A stretch of 64,000 nt of DNA. Source: Octopus vulgaris (Eukaryota). Positions 38,711 through 49,910 of the stretch are shown here, one piece after another. The translations under genes and the position numbers were made by a program. Location: NCBI GenBank assembly GCA_951406725.2, contig OX597817.1, forward strand, positions 103,168,001 through 103,232,000. The letters run 5' to 3'. The notes beneath the pieces were generated by a model that was not told the DNA's origin, searched no databases, and worked only from the letters and a program-made list of their open reading frames with translations. Positions within the stretch are counted from its first letter, which is position 1. Every line of letters starts with the position of its first letter.

Positions 38711-39480
38711 CGGAGTGAGCACATAAATGTGAAACAAGGTGGAAAAAAGAGTACTCAAATACCAGAGGTAGAGTAATATGCTTTATGTAAAAGCAGCAGA
38801 AATATAACAAAAGCTGTTACATGGGTGCATATGTATGCATGTATTCACTTAGATTTCTGTGGATGTGTATTTGCGTACATATTTCCATATATTTATATAT
38901 GTGATCTTATATGTGTATTTATGCTGATATACACTTTTGTATACACATGTAAACGTAATTTTATTTCGCGTACGTTCGTTACACATATTCAGCCACCTAT
39001 CTTTCGCATGTGCGAATAAAATCGGGCATAAAAATTCCTTCAGATACCCCGAAAATAGGACGAAGACCAGCCTGGCAAAATATGTCTGGGAATTAAAAGA
39101 AAAAGAAACCCGGCCTTTCAACGTGACATGGAGTATTTTAGATAGAGCTGCACCTTACTGGTACGGTGCACATGAAAGACCCATCAAATGTGATTTACGC
39201 CTGCTGGAAAAATATTTTATTTTATTCCAGGACAATAACTCTTTAAATCAAAGACGTGAACTCTTGAATTCCTGTAGACACGCAGCTAAATTTAAAATGT
39301 CGGCTAGCAATATACCATATGGATAGTGTATATTTTTTGATTCTTGGATTAGTTTTTAAACACACTGTTGGATTTGTTTCTTATTATACATGATTTATTT
39401 CGCATCGCAAAGTTATTGTATATATTTCGACATATTTCTCAAGAAAAACCTTCGACTGTTATATGCAAATATTATTTTCT
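38710..39480. mobile_element. Penelope-like fragment with inversion (relative of the 28-32 kb element)
   Basis: 38710-38820 is the reverse complement of 32093-32203. 39025-39326 encodes HKNSFRYPENRTKTSLAKYVWELKEKE...NIPYG. Confidence 0.85.
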
Positions 39481-39875
39481 TACTCTTTTACTCTTTTACT
39501 TGTTTCACTTATTTGACTGCGGCCATGCTGGAGCACTGCTTTTAGTCGAACAAATCGACCCCGGGACTTATTCTTTGTAAGCCCAGTACATATTCTATCG
39601 CTCTCTTTTGCCGAACCGCTAAGTGACGGCGACGTAAACACACCAGCATCGGTTGTCAAGCAATGCTAGGGGGACAAACACAGATACACAAATATACACA
39701 TACATATATATATATATATATATACATATATACGACGGGCTTCTTTCAGTTTCCGTCTACCAAATCCACTCAAGGCTTTAGTCTGCCCTAGGCTATAGTA
39801 GAAGATGCCACGCAGTGGGACTGAACCCGGAACCATGTGGTTGATAAGCAAGCTACTTACCACACAGCCACTCCT
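39481..39875 (-). mobile_element. tRNA-derived SINE (family A)
   Basis: Match to family A, with CpGs retained. Confidence 0.9.
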
Positions 39876-40049
39876 TTTTATTTTATTTTATTTCATCTTA
39901 TTGTACTTTATAAACTCATTTTAATCGTTTAATTTGTAGATAATTCGATACAGGGTGTTCTATTTTGCATGTCTTTTATCTGAATTTTATTATTATGCAC
40001 TCAACGATTTAAAAAAAAGTGTTGTTTGTATATATACGTCAGGACCTAG

Positions 40050-40765
40050 ACATATTTTCCTAGTGGAGTGATGAAACGTCGGTTAGTGAGATAAACTTTA
40101 TGGAGGGAGATGAAGTTTGGCTATATAATCCCCCAGCGGAAGCTGCAGAATGTATGGGAAGGACCCTATACTTTGATGAATCACCTGTCCGACATGACGT
40201 ACCAGATTCGAGGAGGCTAGAGGTCTCGTCCAAAAATTGTGTATGTGAACTGCCAGTAGAAGTACTATGCGCCTGGCCAGCTCAGCTGGGACCTTTCTGG
40301 GAGGTTAGACCTATCTATTGATGAAGTTACCAGGGAAGACTAAGGAGAAGAAGTGCAAGAGCAAGAGAGTCATCGTAAGGACTGAAGTTATAAATGTATA
40401 TTTTTGCCGGGTCGACAAAGATCTAGGGAGGAGGTGGTGTTAAGAAGGAGAAATAATGTTAATGATCACGTGAGTGATACGAAGCTTGCTGCACGTTTCT
40501 TTTCTGGGCTTCTTTGTCGTGAGATGGACGACTTGAACAGGTGAAGGAACACACAGTGTCAGTTGGCAACGTAAAGAACGCGGGATGTCAGTTGGCAACG
40601 TAAAGAACGCGTGGTGTCAGTTGGCAACGTGAAGAACGCGGAATGTCAGTTGGCAACGTAAACAATACAGTGTAGTGTGAAGTTGGCAATAAAGACAGTC
40701 GGTGTAAAGATGCGATGTAATCAGTCGAAGTGAACCCTGGCGATGAAAAACCACATTACACAAAA
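40050..40765 (+). mobile_element. Gypsy 3' end plus LTR with ~29-bp tandem repeats
   Basis: GDEVWLYNP...WEGPY (GPY/F motif, across a frameshift). Polypurine tract GGGAGGAGG precedes TG at ~40438. Four to five repeats of TGTCAGTTGGCAACGTAAAGAACGC at 40556-40695. Confidence 0.65.
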
Positions 40766-40886
40766 CATCCAGTCGGGTCCGACTACTTCTTCAACTCTAA
40801 GCAAGTTCGCTTGCTGGGCTGGCCTGCTGTTTCCTAGCTGCTGACTTGACTGTTGGAGTCGTGTTCGTGTCAGGAGGTCGCAATAA

Positions 40887-41236
40887 TTTTAGGCATTAAA
40901 TAGATTTAAAAACATTTCAAGTTATTTTCGTAACTGAATTTAAGCTTTATTGAAATGCATATTTGATTTTTAAATTTGAATGTTATACGTTGCTTAACAA
41001 TCATGTTGTGAATAATAAACAGTTTAATACACTTCAAATGTTAAAGATCAATAAATAGTTTAACATCCAAATCCAAGTGAAGATTTTAATTATTCAAATA
41101 AACTGGCAACGACACTTGCTGATTGTTACGTTTGAATGACGCAATCAACTGAGAAATTTTTGTGGTTTTCACCACTTCACACTTCACTATACTTTCTAAA
41201 CAAGCAAGTTTCGTGTAATTTTGCAGAAGAACGACC
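40887..41236 (+). promoter_or_regulatory. Conserved upstream region of cyclin-like copy 1
   Basis: ~350 bp align with 53144-53473 and 60338-60680. Invariant CTGATTGTTACGTTTGAATGACG(C/T)AATCAA and Kozak-like GACCATG. Function is inferred. Confidence 0.5.
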
Positions 41237-42052
41237 ATGGATTTTTCAGATGTTGTTAGAAATTTAAGAAATGTATATGAACATGAAAGACGACAGAAGA
41301 AAGTCCGTAATTATTTTCGAGATGGTCACCATAATTTTCAGCCTGAAGATCGTAAGGCTGTGGTCAACTGGATGATAGCATGCGCAGATAATTGGTCCAG
41401 TGTTTTGGATGTCATCCACCTATCAGTTGCATTATTTGACTTATTCCTGTCTTCTAGAAGATCACCGCCGATTTCATGCGAAAAACTGCAATGTGTCGGA
41501 GCTATATGTCTTAGAATTGCTTTTGACACGATATATAATCGTGTAACCGATGAGGGTCTGGAAATTATTACTATGACTTCGAAAGTCGACCCAGAGTCTT
41601 CTTTAGATGAGCTTCATAGAATGTACGTTTTGGTTTCTAAACGTTTCAATGGTAAAACGTTTTTTGTTACTCCATATGTCTTCCTTTCGTATTACCATAT
41701 TATTCTCAAATTGAAACCTCGTCACGATTTGCATAGTATGACCAATTATTTATTGGAACTAGCATTATATGATGACTTTCTTAGCCTAAAAAATTACTTT
41801 AAACCAAGTCTTGTAGCGGCAGCTGCTCTTTATACGGGGATAATTGTCTTTGACTTCCACACGAGATGGTTTAAGGATTTGTCAATTCTAACACCGTATA
41901 ATGGAAAGGAGGAAGACATGCTAATTGTTCATGAACGCATGATTTTCTTATTAAAAACAGTTTATCTTGAACCAAGGGAACATACAACACAGGCAAGATA
42001 TGGTCTTAAAGAGAGCAACTATATGAGCGCTCTTGATTATTCAAACCTTTAA
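41237..42052 (+). CDS. Atypical cyclin A/B-fold protein, copy 1 (271 aa, uninterrupted ORF)
   Basis: Cyclin box R..VVNWM...IHLSVALFDLFLS...KLQCVGAICLRIA and Cyclin_C motifs TPYVFL, YLLELAL, F.PSLVAAAALY, W..L..LT.Y. Confidence 0.9.
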   Translation: MDFSDVVRNLRNVYEHERRQKKVRNYFRDGHHNFQPEDRKAVVNWMIACADNWSSVLDVIHLSVALFDLFLSSRRSPPISCEKLQCVGAICLRIAFDTIYNRVTDEGLEIITMTSKVDPESSLDELHRMYVLVSKRFNGKTFFVTPYVFLSYYHIILKLKPRHDLHSMTNYLLELALYDDFLSLKNYFKPSLVAAAALYTGIIVFDFHTRWFKDLSILTPYNGKEEDMLIVHERMIFLLKTVYLEPREHTTQARYGLKESNYMSALDYSNL

Positions 42053-42359
42053 TAAAAGTTAAAAAATTTTGTGAGTTCTTTTCTGCTTCGCTCTCACTTT
42101 TCAATTCCTTTAATTTTGTTACATTTGATTTCAAATTTGGTATATTCATGTAGTTGTGCATGCTAGTTATGGAGATGAAATTAATTTTTGCCATAAATTA
42201 ATAAATACAAAAGTTTAATAACTTCTTAAAATTTGCCTATTTTGGGTAATTTTATCCTATCGTAAGCCACAAACATATTGCTCCCAGTTTCCATTGTAAC
42301 AAGACACGCAGTTGTCTGCTTAAAATTGCTACAGCCACTATGTACCTCTATTCTCAACT

Positions 42360-43395
42360 CCCGTTCTTGAATTTTCGCCACAAAAAAATCTATTGTTTAC
42401 ATGAATTGAACTATTAGCACAGTATTACTACAGTTTATTCCTTTGTAATTTTTCGCAAACAAATTTCATTGAGAAATTTTCTTATTTAAATTGTTTACAT
42501 TCCTGTTCGAACATTTGTTTTGCATTCTTTTGTCAGACAGAAAAACTAATGGGTCTTTTCTGTTGCTGTGACAGTGTTAGAAATTTTAACTTTTCAAATT
42601 TGGTATGTTGATGTAATTTTTCATGCTGAATCTGATTTTCATATTTACTTGTTCCAGAAAAATTTTTTTAAAATGTTCACAAAAAATGTTACTAATTGAT
42701 TAACCCCAGGTTATCCATGGGTCAGAGTGGCCCTAAACGCCAGCCCTAAGTTCCAAGTCTAACTCTAAGCCCTAATTCTAACCTTAAACTCCAACGCTAC
42801 ATCCTAACTCTAACCCTAAAACTTAAATCCTAATTCTAACCCCAAACCTCATCCCTAAACCCGAACTCTAACCGTAAACACAAATTCTAACCCTAAATCC
42901 CAACCCTAAAATCTGACTCTAACGCTTGTGTATATCAAACTTTCGTTTTTGAATTTTCGCCATTAATTGTTTACATGAACCGAATTACAGTAGTATAACA
43001 TACAGTTTGTATTTTTGTAATGTTCCGCTAAAAAAAAAAAAAAATTAAGGATTTTTCTTTTTATATTGTCTGTTCCAACGTTTAACATGACTTTATTCAT
43101 TTAAACCGATTAAAACTTCAAATCTTTTTACAACTTTCGATGTCATAATATATTGCTTCCATTTATTTAATAAAAGTTATTACGCAGAAACTGCCAGCTT
43201 CCAAATCCCGTTTTGTGATTGGATAAAATAATCAAACTTTAAACCACTGTAACATTTTCTAAAACCTTTCTGGAACAAGTGAACAACAGTAACATATTCA
43301 ACGTGAAAAATTGCGTCCAATATACCGAATTTGAAAATTTTCATTTAATTTTAAAATTTCAAAAATTTAACACCAGACAGAAAAGATCCCTTTTG
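42360..43395. mobile_element. Composite inverted/direct-repeat element downstream of cyclin copy 1
   Basis: 42550-42660 is inverted relative to 43270-43390. 42360-42490 is directly repeated at 42943-43070. Homologous segments follow copies 2 and 3. Confidence 0.55.
42730..42925. repeat. Degenerate telomere-like hexamer array (CCCTAA)n
   Basis: 6-bp period of CCCTAA/CTCTAA/TCCTAA variants. Confidence 0.8.
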
Positions 43396-43576
43396 GGACT
43401 TGTATTGTAAGAATACTAAACACACACACACTTGTTTATTTCAAATTACAGTATCAGGTCATCGGAAAAATTTTTGATATTTTAAGACAAACGTTTTCCC
43501 TGCTGTGGCGGGAGAATCTTTATTATAATAATGTGGTCACTATAAAAATGCCAGCAAAGAAACCAAAGTTATTCCA

Positions 43577-43620
43577 TATCCTGAAGATGAGGTTGAGATA
43601 ACCTGGAAACATTGTTGATA
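43577..43620 (+). ncRNA. Degenerate type I hammerhead-like motif
   Basis: UAUC-CUGAAGA-UG-AGGUU GAGAU AACCU-G-GAAA-CAUUG-UU-GAUA. The cleavage triplet is GUU, so it is probably inactive. Confidence 0.45.
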
Positions 43621-43697
43621 ACGATGAAATTGGAAACATTATTGTTTGAAACGAACTATAACAGCCTGATAGGTAATACACACACATACATACATAC

Positions 43698-43751
<54 letters not shown>

Positions 43752-43977
43752 CAAGGGCTCTTCTCAACTGTCAGTCAATACATTTTGAAATCTGATGATT
43801 ACTAGGAACGTATGAAAGCGCTAATTGAACTTTATGAACATTAGTGAATATTTTTTTAATGTTTAACACACTTCAACAGCGTAAAACATTTATTAAACAT
43901 AATAATAAAAAATGTGAAAACCAGGGCATCTAACTTTATTCAAGTGATATATTATTCTATACACATTTGCACAAATT

Positions 43978-44044
<67 letters not shown>

Positions 44045-44263
44045 GTAAGTATATGTATATATATTGGTCATGTCAATCTTTTGCTACTCTGACTTTCACT
44101 TGTAGGTGCGCCAGATCTTCAGGCGAGTTATGACCTGTCTGCAGATTTTGTTTACCTACCGGTGAAATCAAGAGTAGCAAGAAAGAGATTTTACCAAAAT
44201 AAAGTATATTATTAATCTCAGCTATGGTATTGAATACTCGTTTTTTTAACAGTTGATACTAAA

Positions 44264-44330
<67 letters not shown>

Positions 44331-44699
44331 ACAAAGAGAGAAGGAGAGAGAGAGAGTGATGAGAGATAGAGAGATAGAGATAGATAGATAGATAGATAGA
44401 TAGAGAGATAGAGAGAGAGAGCTAATAGTGGAGGATCATCAATCCGGGCAAAATACTTCATAAGCTCTCTGTTGGCACATCAAACTAATAATATTGTTTA
44501 GATTAGTGAATCCAAGTTCTCTTATGGCAGGGTCCATTGTTATGGTTCATTGCAATTCTGTATTGTAAATCCGTGGCTGGGCTCCAGAGAAACTGGATTT
44601 TTACACAGAGTGTAAGACAAGTTGCAGATAATGGTCATTACACATTTTTTCCTTTATTAGATCAAAATTGGCTTACAACTGTTTGCAGAAGTCATTATA

Positions 44700-45930
44700 G
44701 GTACTTTACTGATAGGCCTGCTCAATCGACCCATTGATCAGTTGAGAAAAATTTAACGACCTAAACAAATTAATGTTACTTTCGTCAGAGCAATTTCTGA
44801 TTAAAACAAAACCTAACACTGAAGGAATGGTGAGTGCTAGTAGTAGTTTTTCCAATTTATCACAGTGGATGGAGATAAAAGCTTTTGAGAAATCAACAAA
44901 CAGTAAGACTGCTTCAAGTGTTTCGGTTTTTACTCCTTCAAGTAGACGACGAAGTGTAAGTATTTTTTCGACAGCTGATCTATTTCTTCTGAAGCCATTT
45001 TGGTTTCTTCTCAAAACTTTCTCAATTTCTGGTTGTATTCTGTTGAGTAAGAGTGAGGGGCTTATAAATTTTTGCAACGATTGCAATATGAAATCTGTTC
45101 ATTTGTCAATGTTGCCTTCATTGTAGACGATTGCAGAAGCCTAACAGAATATAAAATTCTCCGGCTTGCCAGACTTGAGTCTTTCGGTTTTTGGTTCTTG
45201 CCTTTATGGGTATGGTCTCTTTCGCAGCTTCTGATCGAGAAGTTACAAAATTATTGTATGCTATGTAAGAGTTTTCTTCATTTTCATTTTGTAGTGGCTT
45301 AAATACGTTTCTAACTTCTATGGTGTATTGGTAGCAGATTTGCCCGTTGTTCTTTAAAACTGACCAGTCATAAGTGGACCTAGAGGCTGATTTGGTTTTG
45401 TTAGCTCTAAGGCTAACTATTTCGATGTTAAAATCTTGTAGTCGCTATTCACTTCATCAAAATTATTGTAAGACTCTGTGTTTGAGGCGCTATTCAACCA
45501 TTTCTTGTTGATTAGTATGTGATACAGTTGGAGATTCGGGTCGTTGGCTTACGTAAGTGTTTATAGCTTATATATCACCTCCAGTTATGAGAACACTGTG
45601 CTTTGGTATTTGTCTCATTGATGCAGAGAGAGCCTGATCAAAATTGGAAACCTCTTTTTCGTCTGCTGTGTTGGTTGGCAAATAGCAAGATATGATTGAT
45701 ATCTCATGATTTCCTTGGATGGTGGAATTGGTAGAGTTCTTCTAATCTGAGACTGAGATAAAAGTGCAGCCACTACTAGCATTATGATATTTCAACATCG
45801 TCGTGATAAAGCCTGTGTTCTTCGTATAGACAACATCAATTTTGTGCTTGATGGCTGAGGCAACAAGTTCAGAGACTTGGTTTAGTTTTCTGAGGGTGCG
45901 CACATTGAAGGTGGAAACAGTTATTACCAA
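44700..45930 (-). mobile_element. Decayed RTE-like LINE (APE plus RT fragments)
   Basis: STFNVRTL (APE start) and QNGFRRNRS...LFVDFSKAF (RT). Confidence 0.85.
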
Positions 45931-45955
45931 CTTAATACGTACGCTTATGTATATA

Positions 45956-46047
<92 letters not shown>

Positions 46048-46085
46048 CGCATGACAATATCACACCGTCCCTTACCTTACCATAA

Positions 46086-46690
46086 ATCAATAATTAACCG
46101 TAAAGTGGTATTTCTTTTTACACGATAATGCAAGACAACATATTACCCAAGTCACGCAGGGAAAGATTACGACACTAAATATAAAAGTTTCGTGTCATCC
46201 CCCCTATTGTCCTGTCCTTGTTCCACATTACATCGCAATTTTAGATCACTGTAACATCATTTACCGGAAAAAATTTGTGAAGAGGTCAAAAATAATACTG
46301 AGAGGTACTTTTCTTCGAAACCTGAGGAATTTTACGTCTGTGTGGTCAATAATTTGTTAAACAGATGGGATTATGTTATCAAGAATGAGTGGAAATAAGG
46401 CGGCGAGCTGGCAGAAGCGTTAGCACGCCGAGCGAAATGCTTAGCGGTATTTCGTCTGTCGCTACGTTCTGAGTTCAAATTCCGCCGAGGTCAACTTTGC
46501 CTTTCATCCTTTCGGGGTCGATAAATTAAACACCAGTTACGCACTGGGGTTGATGTAATCGACTTAATCCCCTTTGTCTGCCCTTGTTTGTCCCCTCTAT
46601 GTTTGGCCCCTTGTAGGCAATAAAGAAATAAGAATGAGTGGAAATATTTTGATTATATCTATGATCATCTATAAATGCAACAAGGCTGTC
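46086..46690 (+). mobile_element. mariner transposase C-terminal relic interrupted by a SINE
   Basis: FLLHDNARQH...HPPYCPVL, corresponding to the HDNARPH and HPPYSPDL motifs. Confidence 0.8.
46398..46629 (+). mobile_element. Young tRNA-derived SINE (family B) with 17-bp TSD
   Basis: AAGAATGAGTGGAAATA at 46381-46397 and 46630-46646. GAGCTGGCAGAAG and GAGTTCAAATTCC resemble A and B boxes. Confidence 0.92.
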
Positions 46691-46722
46691 TTTCCAACTT
46701 AATACGTACGCTTATGTATATA

Positions 46723-46761
<39 letters not shown>

Positions 46762-47149
46762 ACACACACATACACACACACACACATACACACACGCACA
46801 CACACACACACACACACGCACACACGCATGGCAATATCACACCGTCCCTTACCTTACCATAAATATTCGTTATAGTAATAACTGACGCTAAAGCTTTCCG
46901 CTCAACAAATCTACTACAGTTATCTAAAAGTCCTATAATTATCTACCATAATATCCCAACAAAGTTTCTAGAGATAAATATAAGATCCAATGATCGAAGT
47001 GTTGGAAGAAGGTTAGCTTCAAGCAATTCGTAGTAAATATAAGAAACAACTTTCAGGGACAATAATGGTTAATGAGACAGAAAGTTGTGGATTTTATTCT
47101 TATTGAAATATGATAAATTGAAAAATGTATTATTTTTATATTTCACGGT

Positions 47150-49600
47150 AGGCAACTAGGGTTGCCGGGCATGCGAATAAGAAAATAAGATTTAAGGAAG
47201 GGAGTCGATAAGATCCAGGCTACATGTGTTTCATAGTGAGCGGAACCTCGGAAGTGGTAAATATCCAAGCGAGGTGTATACCGCAGGCTACTCTTCAGGC
47301 CAATGAAAGTTTACATTGTCTCAAGGAGGTACATGTTAACACATGAAAGATTCAATCAGAATCTGAAGAGAATACAGTAGGAGTAGAGAATATAAATGTA
47401 GAGAGGAATTAGGAATAAAAAGGAAAAAAGAAAAAAAAAAACAAGGGAGTGAGAAGACAGGAATTTAAGTAAGGTAATTTGACAGGTAGTATTCAATAGT
47501 ATTGAATAGTATTGAATAGTATTGACAGGTAGTATTCAATCATAGAAATTAGCAAGGGGAGTAAAATTTGAAAAAAGGATAATGTAGAGGGAAGATGGTG
47601 GGGAAATATTTTTGGTCAAAAATTTATGAAGGTTAGGGGAAAAAGAAGCGGTATGGAGTTGTTATTTGTATTTTGAGAATAGAGTTAGTGGTCGATGTTT
47701 GCAGGTAAAAGTTATACTGCTGCGTTCATTAAGACAATCCGTGGATTGCACAGTAGCTAAGACTTCGGCTATGCAGATATCACATTTGTTATAACAGCTG
47801 CTGAGTGGTTTGGCGTGGGATACTATGGGCCACTTGAGAGTGTAAGGAGTTTAATTGATCTTTAGTTTATTGATAAGCTGAGATAACGATGTACTGTTGG
47901 ATTATGTTTGGGATTTGAAACTGGAGTAGTTGTTGTTCACTCTAGCTTTGAAGGTGGTGCTGCATGGATCGATGTATATGTAGCCACAGTTGGCAGCTGA
48001 TACTGTACACTTGTAAATGATGTTCTTTTGTGAGACAACGGTTGTCTAAAGGATAGAGGTTAGTCGTCTGAAGCTGCATAGGTTCGTAGGAGATGTTCCG
48101 GATGAACTTGTAATGGGATTGTTATTTAGTGACGAACTGGTGTTAGGTTCATTATTATTACTGGCATTAAGATCAATATTTTGAGGGAGTTAAGGGTGGT
48201 ATTGTGGGACTGTATGATATGATAATTATCGTGTTCGGTGGGTGGTATCGTCTGTGTCGTTCTTTATTTTTACAAGAGGTATAGTTGGGCGTTGTGGTAA
48301 ATGTAAGGATCGGGTGTTGGTAGCGGAATTATAGTTAGAGTTATGGGGATTAGTGTTGTTGAGGGGGTCAATTGGTGTTTTGGGTTTATATGTATGGAGC
48401 TGGGGGTTATGTTGAGTTAAATTATTTAGGTTGGGGTTTGATGGTTGTGGATTTCCGAGTTCCTTGTTGTTGAAAATACCAGCAATGTTGTTGGTGGTGG
48501 TGGAGTAGAACAATTTTATAGATTGGGGGTTAAATATTTTCCTAAGGGGGATAGATTTAGGGAAATATTTTTCGAGTAAGGGTGAAGAAGAGTTTAAGTA
48601 CTCAAGTCTAAATATTAAGAGCGAAGGGTGGAACCAGATAACGTCCTGGGTTCTTGTTCGTTTAATCCGATTAGTGGTGTTAATTGGGTGGGGATAGGGT
48701 TTTGGAGGTGCACGCTGGTGTCTGTTTCGGTGGGAGTGTAATTTGGACGAGTATCGGAGCGGTGGGATAGGGGAAATTTTACGTTCATTATATGGTGGTG
48801 GTGGGTGAACTGGTTTCAGTTCTGGGTTTAGTGCAGGGAGGAATATTCCACATGGGGATATATTCGATTGAGTTATTATAGCTGGCACGTGTAAGGCACA
48901 ATTGGAATATTCTGCATATTGATCGAATAAATCTTTACTAACAGATAGTGAGGAAATCCGTTAGGAAACGTTTTCCACAATAGATTTTAGGACAGAGTGT
49001 GGTGGTATCTGGAGGAGAAGTTCACGTAGTTTAGATTTTCCTCGAGGTTTGTGGTATGAGTAGAAGCTTTGGTTTTTGCAAATCTAGGGTTATGTCCAAG
49101 AAATTAGCAGTTTTTGTGTTGTTACAGGAGATGCCAAGGCCGACGTTTTTTAAAAACCTCTTAATATTTTTCTAGTCTGTTCGATTACTGTTGCTAGAAT
49201 TTTGGATTGCGAACAGAGCGTTGTTTCTGTATAGACTACCAGAGATGTTAGTGAATTGTTCATGGAGACCGTTAAGTAGGTAATGCCTTCTAAGGTCCGT
49301 AACTTGGGCGAAGTCACTGGCCTCCATGAGGATGTCAAAAAAATTGGGGGTATCCTTGCGGGTCTAGGATTTCCCATCAGACAGTATGACATTGCGGCAG
49401 GCTGCTAATATTATATCAATATCGTCACGAGATAGGTTGGAATGTTTTTTGGCGAAAATTAGGGCATTATTTAGAAGAATAATGTATATGCTGGAGTAGT
49501 ATTGATCATTGTAGATTTGTATAAATTCAAAGGTGTGCTTAGGGCGTAGAGAATTGAACCACTGGATAATTTCACTGGTTTGGTGCAAAGTTTCAATGTA
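47150..49600 (-). mobile_element. Penelope-like element (Poseidon-type), decayed
   Basis: NFLDITL, DVIWFHP and IIYKCTV...YIDPCSTTFKARVNN (GIY-YIG). Hammerhead in the 3' pLTR. Confidence 0.8.
47218..47301 (-). ncRNA. Type I hammerhead ribozyme with extended helix II
   Basis: Minus strand GGC-CUGAAGA-[GUAG..GCGG..ACCUCG...CGAGGU.CCGC..CUAU]-GAAA-CACAUG-UA-GCC. Confidence 0.75.
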
Positions 49601-49649
49601 GATGTGGTGGAAAGTTGGGGTATTGTTGCTAAAGACGTGTGGAGTTACA

Positions 49650-49910
49650 TATTGTCATTGTGAATGTTAATCGTTCGCAGATTCTTATTCGGCTTCTTAC
49701 TCAAAGATTTCTGAGTATCTCAATATACCGCTCGCTGCTTAAAGCACAACTATGTTCCAGAAATCCAGAAAAATAACAGCCTTGTCCTCCCCCAAAATCT
49801 ATACTAATCGCTAAATTGAGCTTCTTAATCCTTGCATAAAGGAATGTAGCGCCATTCCATGGACTGAGCCATCATTTGTAGATAATAAAAATACGCCTAT
49901 GTTTCATCCT
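49650..49910 (-). mobile_element. mariner relic homologous to 58780-59040
   Basis: Aligns by eye with 58780-59040 (GCCATTCCATGGAC...TTTGTAGATAATAAAAATA). Confidence 0.7.

Noticed and set aside
40556-40695. ~29-bp repeats that superficially resemble a CRISPR array
   Set aside because: Head-to-tail with no unique spacers, no cas genes, eukaryotic context, and located inside an LTR-like sequence.
42730-42925. True telomere or chromosome-fusion site
   Set aside because: Short, highly degenerate, single orientation, and repeated as part of a cassette.
46398-46490. tRNA gene
   Set aside because: A/B-box-like head continues into a SINE body flanked by a TSD, with no complete cloverleaf.
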